The notes below the pieces were generated by a model. The model had not been told where the DNA came from. It ran no database searches and saw only the letters and a program-made list of their open reading frames with translations. DNA of 64,000 nt, taken from NCBI GenBank assembly GCA_012295275.1, contig CM022670.1, positions 22,320,001-22,384,000 on the forward strand, written 5' to 3'. Of the stretch, positions 15,629 to 29,082 are shown one piece after another (positions within the stretch are counted from its first letter, which is position 1; every line of letters starts with the position of its first letter). The translations under genes and the position numbers were made by a program. This DNA comes from Chrysomallon squamiferum. Lineage: Eukaryota; Animalia; Mollusca.

Positions 15629-15688
15629 TTCCAAAAATCACTAATTTTTCATATACGTATTGTATATGTAAATAAGTGATTTTTGGAA
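15629..15688. repeat. ~60-nt AT-rich hairpin
   Basis: TTCCAAAAATCACTAATTTTTCATATAC pairs with GTATATGTAAATAAGTGATTTTTGGAA around a 5-nt loop. Confidence 0.75.
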
Positions 15689-16411
15689 GTAAAAGTAGTT
15701 CCAACCAAAAAAGTTATATTTTAGGTCAGTGTTCGAAAATTCAGAAATTCATTTAGTCATCGTACATTGCCATTACGTGCAGTGGTTGCACGATATTATG
15801 GATATATGTATATTATTTATTTATTTATTTATATTATTTGTGTGTGCGTGTGTGTGTGTGTTTTAATTACTATTTATTTATTTATTTGTAGATAAAGATT
15901 AATTTAAAGTCCTTGGAGTGAACACTACACATACAGAAGTATTTTGTTTTAATCGGTTATTATGTGGGGGTTTTCCATTCAGAACATAGAATTTATATTG
16001 AAACAAAGTCATTTTAGACTGAGTAAACTGTTGAAATTTATTTTATTTTTATGTACGAAATAATGTTTTAAAAAGGGGAATATATTGCAATCCATGTATC
16101 CTAATTAACATGATAAATTATTATGAAACAAATAAATAAATGAATACTTGGAAGAAAATAGTTTAATTACAGCAGCAAGTTCAGGACAAAAATGTACAAA
16201 TGTGCATTTCAATTCAGATTTTAAAAATTACTGTTTGATAATTAAACAAATCTACTAAATTTTTATTCCTGAAAGAAAGGCATATTTAGATGAAATCTTT
16301 CACAGTTACATTACTATTAAAAATTGCCTTTTAAAATGTTGTATCAAAGGTTTTGTTTAATAACCTGTTATTTCTTTTTTTTCCCCCCAGGCTTCATCAT
16401 CTGTCTGATCA

Positions 16412-16645
16412 ATGATGCCTTTCTCTTTCATATCATCTAAGGACCCAGATGCAAATATCAAAAGACTAAAGATGCAGATTAAAACACTGAAGGTTCATGC
16501 ATCTATGAAAAGAATGAAATTATCACAAACACTTCCAGAGTTAATTGAGTATTGTGAAAACCATAAACAACATGATCCTCTTGTTGTACGTGACAAAAGT
16601 ATAAAAAATCCTTTTGTTGACCCAGTTAGATGTACAATAATATAA
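16412..16645 (+). CDS. G-protein gamma subunit, copy A1 (Ggamma30A/GNG13-like class), 77 aa, single coding exon
   Basis: GGL domain: LKMQIKTLKVHASMKRMKLSQTL...YCE...DPLV...NPF, with CaaX CTII*. Strong acceptor at 16390. Confidence 0.93.
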   Translation: MMPFSFISSKDPDANIKRLKMQIKTLKVHASMKRMKLSQTLPELIEYCENHKQHDPLVVRDKSIKNPFVDPVRCTII

Positions 16646-17652
16646 TTAGCAATTACTGCTGCTTTAAAAATGTGTTATATGAAAGTTACCTTTAAGATAG
16701 TTACTAACTATTTTTAATAATATTTCAAAAGTACATTTCTCACTCTTATCTTACTCTTTGGGGTTGTTTTTTCTGTATAGGGGAGACCATTGTATTAGGC
16801 ACCAAGGGGCATCAGTACATAGGAAATAAAATATATTTATTTCGGATTAAGCAAACTTTCTGAATTGGTGGGTGACCAGTGATAATGAAGTACTGATTTA
16901 ATGGGACATGATTACATGGTATACACTATGATTTTGACACTACTGACCACTGTGATGACACATGAAAGATAGATATGAACTCTGCCCCAGTGTTTGAGTA
17001 CCCAAGCTTTTTTTCTTTCTTCTAAACATGTTATTCTGATTTACTGATGCAGTTTTATGAGAGAGGCCTGTAAAAATATCAAGCTGAGTCTTTATACATT
17101 TTTAAATGTCTTTTCAGTTTAGTTAAATCAAAAATGCATTTCAGATTGGAAAAAGCATGGCTAAGCCTAGTAACAGATTGTAATAACAGTTACCACTTTT
17201 TAACAACTGTGGTAAAACTGGCAACAAGGTTCTTGCTTGTATTACCTAATTTCAATTACATATTCTCTGTGTTCATCTATTTTACCAAATGTTAAGTAGA
17301 TTTCCAACTAGTGGAAGTTAGAAATTTTTGATGATGTTTGATTCTTAGACTTAATGCCCTGGAGAACTGGTGCCTGACTTATGGACAATAAGGTCTTTTT
17401 GGTTGTGATTAAATACAAATTGTTTATTAGCCCATTAAATTTGCTTGGTTTTATTGCCAACAGTGAGATGATTATTTCAAATATTAATATTTACTTGAAA
17501 ATGTGAAAAATCCAGTGTTATAACCCAGATGCACCTATATGTACTACCTCTTGACATATGAGTGCATGTCAGCCAACAATATTTTGTGCACATAAAAGGA
17601 ATTTGTTTAAAGTTTATAATCATATGCAGATAGTGTAGTAGAGTTTCTTGTT

Positions 17653-17693
<41 letters not shown>

Positions 17694-19919
17694 AAAGCAC
17701 CGCATATTAAGATTAATTTAAAATTTAAAGGGAACTGGTTGAATTATTGTACAATTTAAACATTTCATATATAAACCCTGTGTTCCATTCCTAAGACTAT
17801 TTTTCTGTGATAAGGAAAGAAATGTATTCTAAGATGTTTTGTTTTTATTTTAGTGGTTTACATTTTGTTGTTTTGTGTTGTTTTTTAAAACAATCTATTT
17901 GGCAGAATATTAACTGGAATCATTTGAGCTGTAACATTTTTGATTGCCAGGGAAAAATGTAAATTTGTCTTCATTTCAATGAAATGTTTCATATTTTGAT
18001 ACACATTGTTTTAATTAGAAAACAACATTTAATGCCAGTTCTTATTATTTATGAATAAAAAATTTAAATAATAATCAAAATTTTAGAAAATGAATAAAAA
18101 ATTTACATGTTATGTAAAATGAAGGATTTTCTTTCCCAAGACAGAGGTTTTATTCAAAACAAGATGAACAATTTATGTATTTGAACTTTTACACTCCATT
18201 ACATTTTCTTATACTGTAACAAGTAATGATATATTATAGTTAGAAAATACATATTATTTATCTTAATACAGAACTATTGTGATTCATTTGGATGTTATTA
18301 TTATAGTTATTTTTACCAAATTATTGTTGCTGATGTTACATTATTAAAGGTTTAAATTTTTATTTCTTATGTTTTCACTATTTTGTAATGTTCAGTATTA
18401 AAACTGTAGTCTACTGATGACATAAATAGTCACTTACAAAATGATAAATTAGTTAACATGTCAGCTACAGCGAAACATCTCAAAACTAGATCATCACAAA
18501 ACATGAATTCCCTTACAGTTTCTGAATTCTCAAGAATATAAATATAAAACCTCAATACAATGAACTCCCATCCAAACTGAACATTTTACTTGGTTCTGAC
18601 ACTATTTGGTTTTGGGAAGTTTCAATTTTTATTTAATAATGTTTAGAAAAGATAAAATATATATATATATTTTTTTTTTTTACCCATTTCTAATGCCTGT
18701 TATTTAAACATTTTATAATGTATATTTAGAACAAGCTATTGGAACATACACATATTTTGTATATTGAAGAAATTGTCTAAAAAGAAGCAATGAATATAAT
18801 ATTAATAGGAGCATAGCATATACTATTTACTAAGCTAGTTTTTTCTAAATCTAAAGGTTTTGTGTACCATTAATGCCTTGTTCCTGCTACTTAAGGTACA
18901 ATTACTGTGACAGAAATAAAACTGCCAAACAATTTTGATAAAAATTTATATATATCATGGCCGTAAATACACTGAGGCAAAGATTTTATTAAAAAAAAAA
19001 ATAATAATAATAATAATATATAAATCTCTATTCCGATAGAAACGATATCCACTGAATGACTTCGTTTATGTCTACGGTTACCGTTTGAAGTCTATCGACT
19101 TAGGCGACCCCCAGAAACCTCGCCCAAATGTTTTTAAGTGTTTTTGCCTCATTTCAAAAAGAGCCTAGTTGCGACCATATATATAAAAGAGTGCATATCT
19201 AAAAGTGTTTTACTGGAGAACTGTTTGCCTTACGTACAGTACACAAATAAAATAAAACAAATTAAACAAGTTTCAGGACGAATAAGAAGGTGAACAAAAA
19301 AGAACCACAGTATGAATTACAGTTATAATTATAATAATTCACTGAATGAGTCATTGAATGACATAAAATCTTTAAATCTATTTAGAATCGCTTTTATTTT
19401 TCGTTTTTTCCGCCATGTGAATGTTGGGAATATAATTTTCGTTTCATTGTGTCTAAATTAACCGAATGAAATAATTTATTTTTGAATAAAAAATATGTAA
19501 AATAAGTTTTGGTCAGTGGTCAGCATTTTATACCCGCTGGTCAGCGGTCTGGGCTTTAGACGCTGCCGTAACTGGATTTCCTCCATTTACTACTTCATAG
19601 CTCAGTCAGGCCACACCCATTTTTTCCAGAAAAATTTAAACTATAATCTGTTTCAGAGTTTTATTCAGTTGCAAATACTTATAACTTTAATATAATATTT
19701 ATCTCGCGCATACTTAAATCAGAGCATTTTTATTATAATCTCTTGATATCCATCCTGTATTAATAATACTATTATTATACAAAGTATATACAGAAAGTGG
19801 AAAGCAGTATATTATTATTATTATTATTATTTAATATTGATGTAAGTGCAGGAGGTAAATATATATGATAATCAGATTCGTAGTGAATAATTGTAATAAA
19901 AATTAATATATATACATAC

Positions 19920-19963
<44 letters not shown>

Positions 19964-21935
19964 ATAATCAGAGTATATATATATTCGAAATATTCACATA
20001 CCTTAATCCATTATAACTAATGACAAAAATTCATGATGTAGATTAAGGAACCCATATAATTTTGTTTTTGTTTTAAATGTTATGAACAGATAGCGTTTAA
20101 TTTAACATTATAAGTTATATTTATTTTATTTCTTTTAATGAATTTAATAAATATATTATCTTGAGGTGATGTGTTATTATTTATTTTATTATTACTGGTA
20201 TTCTTGAAGTTTTGTGTGATTTCTCTCCCCACCCCCATTTTTCTTGTTCCTCCTGAAGCTTTATTTAATTTTATTCGTGTTTATTCTTACGCCTGTTAGT
20301 GTAAAATTGAGGAATGCCGAGTTAGTGAAATTGCATTCTCTAGTATTTGCGGTACACGGAGAACAGTCGCAGTCAATGAAAATGTAGTAACAAAACAGTT
20401 TGTCAGTAAATTGATTAAATTAATTAACAGAACTATAAAATCCGTTGTATTATATTTAGAAAGTACAGTGTTGCATTCAAAATTAAAATAACACAGAAAC
20501 GTTGACTTCTGTTTATTGCCCACCACAGAAGTGTACTTATGAAGTTGTTATGTTGGTTATGTCAAATGTCCATGTTTTTTGTAATGTAAAAGTAGTTACC
20601 ACTGTAGTATTTCCATCTTTGTACTGAAGGATGATATATAAATTCGAATTTTTCTTAAGTCAGTTTTGCATTTTAATTTTTAGGATAATAAGTGAATCCG
20701 ACTTCGATTTCCATTGTTGAGCATTCAATTTAAGAGGAAGTTGTTTTGTAGAAGACAGCATCCACCAATCAACATCCGCTTGCTTTGTATCACAGTGCGA
20801 GGTTGGAAAATTTTGCATAGATAAGGCGATTCGGTATGATTTATTGAATTTCATTTTATAAAATAACTTAGCCATGCTTAGCTTACTAAAGGAAAAACAT
20901 ATATAACGATAAATTAAACGTGTACAAATAATCAGAGTATGTTTGATCTAGGGCCGTATACTTGTTCACGTCACAAAATAACCATTCTTAGATTCTTATC
21001 ATTCTACGATTCGCCCATTCACGGCTATCGGCGCTTTTAAAATGTTATAAGGAATTGTATAATTAATATTAGAAAATTGTAGTTTTAAGTAATAAAATAC
21101 TGTGAAGGTATTTGCCATTCTCATTTTTTCATTTCTGAATGTTCTCTGTGAATTTTTAAATTATTATTTGGTTTGTTCCAAATTCACCCATTAATTATGA
21201 TAATTAGTGACAAATCCACAATGTGTCATAGTGGGTCAGTAGAACTTTACATTTTAAAAATTGCCGACTGATAAAGTGGTGAATTTACTATCCATTCGTT
21301 ACTTATTAACTTACATTTTCAATAACATTTAAAGATAATCTGTAGCTCTTCTGTAGAAAATTTCAGGTTTTTATTAAGAGTAATTGGTAAAGTATAAAAA
21401 ATACAATTTGAGAAAATTTACTACCTGTTTTTTTCATAATTATTAACTATGTCGTACTTATGTAGTTTAGTCCATTTTAGTAGATATTTCATAAAATATT
21501 TTGCTACAATTGTTTTGTTTAATGCTGATATAAAAAAAGTCATATAAAACTAAAAAAAGGCTTCTTTTACTTACCAAACTTGTCAATTCAACCATATTTT
21601 CCAAAAATTGATGCAGGCATGGTATTGCCATGATTAAGGTACTTACAAAACATTTCCTTGCAACTAGCCTACTTTTCTGAAAATAGATGAGTGCCACTAC
21701 TGGACTTATTTCGGTTACAGGGAATGTTTTTGGATATACATTGATCATGGCATAGTAAAATATTGAGCAAAATATTTGATAAACAGACCTAAATAGACAT
21801 TTCTTATTTTATTAATAAATAATAAGGTAGGAAAATGATTTTATACATTTGTATTCAAACAAACACACTCATAAACATGTTTTAATTTATCATATTTAAT
21901 TTTTTTTTATCTTTTTCCTATTTCAGACATTCAGT

Positions 21936-24900
21936 ATGGGTAAGTATTTTAAATAATTAATAATTTTTTTTTTTTTCCAACCCTTTTAATTTAGTATAAA
22001 TAATTTATATTTTGAAGATTATTTAAAATGGTAATACTGGCTTTACTACATAGTTGAACTTAAATGATATCGTTAAAGATAACGTTTGTTATATTTGTTA
22101 GAGAAATAGTTCACAGTGGCTAATAATTTATAATAAAAATTCACATGATTACTGACATAATGTAGAGCCATTAGGAATTGATTTTCCATATATTTATCAA
22201 AACAGCTGTAATAGTAAATGACAGGAAAAAATTAACACGTGAAATTTCCTTCACAATGAGTTTTTCAGATTTCATTACTCTTAAGTTGTAGAGTTATTTA
22301 ATTTTAATTTTAATTTTTTTTAAATATATATTTGCTTTTTGTTTTTGTATTTAAATTCAGAACTGACATTGGTTTGAGAATATTTAGTAATTACACTTAA
22401 ATATTTAAGAATTGTTTTAAATGTTTTTTTAAAAATAATTTTTATTTGACATGTACTGAGTAATTAAGTCATCAATTTAATATTTAATTGTTACACTAGT
22501 TATTTGGTGTAAAGATAATATGTAGATTATTTTTTTGTATTTGCACTGATGTGTTTGTGAAATTAAATACTCAGTCAGCATACTCAGATATTTTTATTAT
22601 TTTAATAATTTCTGATATTGAAATTTGAATACTTTAAAAAATCTAAACTTGATTTGGTCAAGCACAAATAATATTTTGTATCAACAGTTATGTACAAATG
22701 TACTGATAATTGAAGTTGTTATTTTAATACCACTGATATCCATGTTTGATCTTCATTGCAATTACATTCACTCCCTAATAAGTTTCATATGTGCAATATG
22801 AGCATATGATGTTGAATATTCTTACACCTGAAAACATTTGTTTATATTATTAGTATTATTAATTTATTATGTAATAGTTATTTTGTTCGATATTTATCAA
22901 GCTTATCTAATAATAGCTGTACTGTGTCAAAATTAATTAATTGCATGTTTATTAAAGTGTATCTGTGGTGATATGAAAAAATTGTCTAAATATATTCTGG
23001 CTACTTCCAAATTAAATTTTATTTGATCCTGCCATTCAGTGCTAGGTGCTGCTATTATAACAAAGAGGATGGACACATTTTCTCTTAAGTTTATTTTCCT
23101 TTGGTGTAAGACAAAATACAGTTACCACTGTACCAGTCTCCCATGTGTGATGTCTTGGCTCCAGTTGTGAAGGAGTTAAACAGCAGCATTAACATTTGTG
23201 TAACAGTATTTTGTTATTGCCATACTTACATCAATAAAGTAATAACATGCAACAATAAACATTATTATCTTATTAGGCAGTTTATTCCTACTGCCACATA
23301 TACACTTTAACATCTAGTGATTGACACAGATATGCTTAGTGACCAATTTTTTTTTAGTATGAATACAGCCAACAGGTCGAAATTTTCAGTTATTGCAGCA
23401 GTACATGATTAAATTTTTGTTTTGTTTCATATCATACCAGAATGTCAGTATGATTTGACAGTGAATATATTTGTTGTACATCATCATGGTAATCTTGATG
23501 CAATCGTTAGCTTGTTTAGAAATCTGTGACAAAAGCATTGTAACTTATAAAGCATGTCTTCTCTGTTAATATTTTGTACTAACCATTAATAATCATTTTG
23601 ATGAGCTTGAAATTTATCTTTTCATATAGGAACACAAGGGAATGCTGGTGAGAGATGGATGTCTATTAAGTAGAATTACACTAGTTCTTTATTAAGTGTA
23701 TAGACCCATTCAGTGCTGGATTGTTTATTTACAGTTTCTTACTTGGCATTAGATAATTTTTAAATTATTTTATTTAATTTTATATTTAATGATACCAGAT
23801 CATTATATTTTAAATGATTCATCAAAATTGGTATCTGAATAGTAAAAAAACAAAAAACAAATAGCAACAAAAAAAACAACAACAATCATATATATCTATA
23901 TATTAATGCTACATCTATTAAAACTGTTTTTATTTTTATTTTTTTAAACAAATCATTTAATTTGAACATAATTTCACAAAGTATGGTATAAGTCATCGCT
24001 GGATGTAATTTATTCTTTTTCATTTAGTATATTTTTTTTCAATCCTTTTTCCATATTTTTTTCCAAATATTTCAGAGGAAAAGAACCAGTACTGAATGGG
24101 TGTCTCTATATTAACTTTAGACTAATATTTCTTTGTGTTTCACTTATAGTTAGAAATCTTTTTTCTGCATAAATATATGAAATGTTGCAGTTGGCACTGT
24201 TTTTTTAACATTTGTGCACAAATTTTAGTAAAGAATAAAACAAAAAAAATTAAATGAAAATTTAATGAAAAGATAAAATAATCAGATTTGTTCAGACTTA
24301 AAATTTAAATAAATCTGCTTTCAGTATCTTTATATATCCATAATTTATTGTTTTTGAAATTCATTAACCAGACGTACGAATGCATCCAAGAGTGCCATGT
24401 TTCACATTGTTTTAAAATTCATTTTTCATTTGTTACTAAACTTCATTATACAAGGCCTCATCAGTATTTATTGCCATAAGTAGTACATGAACACACACTC
24501 ATACACACACCCACAGAAACAAAAAAAACAAACCCAATAACATGATTTTCCATTCCAACAAAATTTGTTCTTTCATTTTAAAATGTGGTGTTTTTAATTT
24601 CCTTGTATCTGGTGTTTGGTGAAATATATGTGTTATCTGTCTTGTATATATATATATACAGTAATACTTTCTTACTTGTATTTTCACTGATCTTCCAATA
24701 CAATTTTTATTCTTATTTCACAATACTTTTTTTTTTTTTTTTTTTCCATAATAGTACTTAGAATTTATAATAATGTTGGGTTAATTTTTTTATATTCAGT
24801 TAGTATCACAAAGGTAAATGTGACCACATATGTATATTTTCAGTTTTTTATTTGGTCTTGATTACTAACAAATATCTATTTATGGAAAAAGAAAAAATTA

Positions 24901-26440
24901 TAAATATTTTTCTTATACGAATTTCTGAATTCTAAACTCATTTTGCAGAAATAAGTAAATTTGGTGTCAGTTTATTTTTGAAAATACCAAGATTAGCATA
25001 TTTATTTTTTTAACATTGTTTTTGTTTCACTTGTCAAAATTTTACATAAATTGAAAAAGCATTTCTACAAATTTAAACTCTAAAACAGTAAAACATGTTC
25101 TCTTGTGGATTTTTGTGACAGCTTTGTTTACTTCTAGATATATCTAGTTTGCAGTTCAGCAGTTTAGAGTATGAGCATGGCTTTGCTATTTATTTAAAAA
25201 AAAAAATTTTAATGTTTTCAAATTGTTTTTGTTTTTTTGAATTAAATTTGACCTATTTTACCTCATCTTTGGTTTAGAAATTTGAACATACATTTTCATT
25301 TATCTTAGTTATTCTCTTTTAATTAATAACTGTTTTGCTTTATTTGTTGATAATCTGTTCTTAAGTCTGGCATTTAATTTATGTTTAATAGCTGTATTTC
25401 TTACTTGTGCATGCATGTCTTAACATTTTCTTTATTACATACTTATAGACTGGAGACTTTAAATGTGTGTCAGTTCACAGAGGAATTCTTGGAATTTTGG
25501 ATAAACAGGACCATCATGAAAACTTGTTTAATTTATTGTTAAAATTATTGTCTAAGTAATAATTATGCTTAAACCAACTTTAAAAACTATAACACTTTGC
25601 CAAAAAACAAAAAAAAAAATATATATATAAAAAAAAATAAATAAATAAATAAATATTAATAATACTTTAAGAAGTTAAAACATCTTGTTCTTAACTACAA
25701 GTACACCACCAAAATCAAATAAATTGTCATTGCACATAAGACTGTTGCACAACTCTCAAGATCTCTGTATCTAATGTTCTGCAAGAAACAAGTCCAGAGT
25801 TTTATAATAACATTTTGGACATTAAAGAATACCAGTGACAGTTTGCTTTTATGCCACTATTAGAATTAATGTATTAAGTTAAGAAATATATAAATGGAGG
25901 AGTTCACTAGTTTAAAAGATAACTGAAAGCACACTAGATACACCATTATAGTGGATGACCAGTGCAATTTTAACACTTGCTCAAGTTGTTATCGTGATTA
26001 CAAGAGTTTCTGGAAAATTAGTGGTGTAGTGCCTGCTTGTTTTTCTTTCCTGCAAAAATATTAATTAAATAATCTATTGCACTTTACTTTTCTTTTAACT
26101 CACTTTGTTTTTGTGATCTATTTCTTTCTGATGCAGAATTTTTTGGTGACAAAATATGAGCAAAACTGAATGATTTAAAAAAATCTGTGATTAAAACTAT
26201 TTTTCTTTCTCTGCAGCTGACATGCGCATGAACAAATTGCAGGAAGGTCTTCAGCAGCAGAGGCGACTGATTGAGCAGCTTCGTTGCGAGGCTCAGATCA
26301 CTCGGATGAGAGTGTCACAAGTCATTGAGGATATAGTCAAATACTGTGAAACCCACAGAGAGGAGGATGTACTTATAATTGGGTTTAACAAGCCCCAGGA
26401 GAATCCTTTCAAGGAGAAGGGTGGATGCACAATATTATAA
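21936..26440 (+). CDS. G-protein gamma subunit, copy B1 (Ggamma1-like): ATG-G at 21936-21939, optional microexon 23630-23647, main exon 26217-26440; 75 or 81 aa
   Basis: LQQQRRLIEQLRCEA...EEDVLIIGF...NPFKEKGGCTIL* resembles insect Ggamma1. tttcag|ACATTCAGTATGG|gtaagt joins in frame to ctgcag|CTGACATG, giving MADMR. The main exon is certain; the upstream exons are inferred from splice signals and paralog conservation. Confidence 0.92.
23630..23647 (+). other. 18-nt phase-1 microexon GAACACAAGGGAATGCTG of G-gamma B1
   Basis: cttttcatatag|...|gtgaga, TACTAAC at 23577-23583, length divisible by 3, no stop codon, identical in paralog B2. Confidence 0.8.
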
Positions 26441-29044
26441 ACATGTTTCGTTTTTCTTTTCAGTTTGTGACTAATTACTTATTTATTTCAAGCTTTCACA
26501 TTCAACCGAAAAATCTCAATTTGAAAAGATTAATACAGCATTATAAAGTAAATTATTGAGTTAGGACATTCACTCTGTTGCATTTTGGAGTATTGTTTCT
26601 GAAGGACAAGATTTAATATATTACCTTTATCAAGAATTCTCATTTTTATATCTTTTTCATTCATATTCTCAATTTAAAAATGCATAGTCTAAATAAACAA
26701 GAGATTGTTTTTCAGAAATTCAGAGAGAAATAATTTTTGTAGTGTCATGTAAACAATATTTTAATTGTGTGTTTTTATATACATATTGTGTTGCTTTGGT
26801 ATTGTTAAATATTTTGTGTTTCCGTCTATTAGACTATAAAGACAAATACACAGTTTGTTCCAGGAAAAGAAATTGAAAAACAAAATTCTCTTTAGGACAG
26901 ATTTATATGTATCTATATATAGGTTTTCTATTAATTTTACACTGTCAGACTCCTGTAATAATGAAATATACAGTACATGGCAAGCTTTCAACAAAACAGA
27001 AAAGGAAAAAAGAAGAAGGGAATCAAATTTTAAATAAAAAAAATGTTTTCTTAATAATTAAATGTATATATAGATGACATCACATTCATACAAAGAAAAA
27101 AGTTCATAATTCATAGTTTGTCCTGAGACAGGAAATGATCTGATTTTTATGATTTTATATTATTGATATTAAGAGTAACTAATTGTATGATGTAACAAAG
27201 TTGGTAACAAAATCATAGCATTATTATAAAATTGTACTAACACTGAAAAAAAGATGAGGAAAGCTTCTGGTCATACTCAAGTCTTGTTGGAAATAAAATT
27301 TTGTAAATCTCTCGCTGTTATCATATTTGCACATGAATATGTTAGGACTATTCTAAATTTGCTTTCAGCATTTCAAAATGAATTTATATAAATTTAAAAT
27401 GCTGGAAGCTTAAGGAATTTGACAGTAATTTATTTGTGAAAATTCAGTTTACATTTGTTTTGGTGGACTTTTTAAGTTTAGTTTTGTAAACAAAGAATCA
27501 AATTTAACATTCCTATGACTTTTACAAACATAAAATTTCTATAAAATAAAAAGTAACTAACTATTTTTGCTACATTTAAATATTTTTTAGAAAACTACAA
27601 ATATTTTAGCTTTTCTTATAAGACACTGTTACAACTTGTACCCAAACAGGTGTTATGTGTATTTGAAGTGCGTTCATTTTTTAAGACTTAAAAAATTCTG
27701 ATCATTTGTAATGCTAATTCTTTTTTTTTTTTTTTTTTGTCTCTCTTGACAAGATATTTCACTTCCTTACAAAGCATTTTTAATTTTTAATTTTTTTTTT
27801 TTTGGCCTTCCTTTCATTATGTGCATTAATACTCGATGATTTGACTGCAGTGAATCAAGTGTTCAGAGTATTTAATTTTTACTGACTAGTTTAATATTTA
27901 CAATGGCTTTAATGTGTCTATATATGTATATTCTTTCTTTAATAAAACATTTTATGTATGGATATTAGCTTTTGTCAGATATATAATAGCCATTTAATTT
28001 ATGGATATCCTGTTTTCATGTTCATATTGGTGTAACATGTATGTCATTGAAAATAAATAATGTGAACTGTGATTGTTTTATTTTATATGAATCTCTTAAA
28101 CAGATTTATTACAACTGGACTGCCTGTTCATTATAATAATCTCTTAAATCTTGATTAAAAAAACATTTATCTTCATAAATATTACAGCTGAAGAAATTTA
28201 AAAAAAATAGTTTGAATGATTAAATGCATCTTTAATGACATATTTATTTTAAAAAATTAATTCTAATTCAGACAAACAAATGAAAAAGCCCTGAAAAACA
28301 AAATATTAGAAACATTACCAAAGTCCACATTCAATGTCTGCTCACCCTTTTTTCATGCATAGATAAATGAAAAGTGTATGCAGGTTAGAAGTGGAACCAT
28401 TACTATCCTCTGGATCAAAACATCAACCCTTATTTCTTTGACTGGGTTACATTTTAAAATGACATCAATTTTCATGTTTTCACTGTTATACCATCAAAAT
28501 ACAAAAAGTACTCGTTTGAAAAAATATCTGGTCAAAGGTTCCTAACCAAAAGGTCCTTGGCCAAAACATCCTATATTCCTGTACATAAATATAATAAATT
28601 TAGCAACAACTAAAGGTACAGATCCATTCATAATTTCTTGTGTTTATTAAAACAGTCTTTACATAACAAAAAGTATTGTGTATACTGTTTGGATATGATT
28701 TATAATTAAACTTGTACCTTCATTTGCTTAAACAACAGGTGCGAAAATGTACTTGCTGGATAGTAGTAATCTCAAGGGGAGTATACAGATCATGAGCACA
28801 AATGACAGCAAAGACACAGAATAGGGTAGTTTTTTTCATGCAGCTTTGTTTCAGAGGCTTATTATTAATTACATTGGTTATTTACATAATACAAATGCAT
28901 GAAATTAAATTTAGCGTTTTGTCTACATTTATAATAAGGGGTTGGGGTTTTATCCTAGCACCTATACCGTATACGTCTGTCGGAATTACTGGGTGGTGTG
29001 ACGTGTTTGACAAACGAAAGTGGAGTTATATAATTCTGTTTTTA

Positions 29045-29082
<38 letters not shown>

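Noticed and set aside
18465-18630. Possible MITE remnant (ACAGCGAAACATCTC...GAAGTTTCA), with similar stubs near 37720
   Set aside because: Too degenerate to define termini or target-site duplications by eye.
24076-24099. Possible second microexon in B1 (ttcag|AGGAAAAG...ATGG|gtgtct)
   Set aside because: Weak donor and the acceptor is not conserved in B2. The conservation is better explained by the RNA duplex arm.
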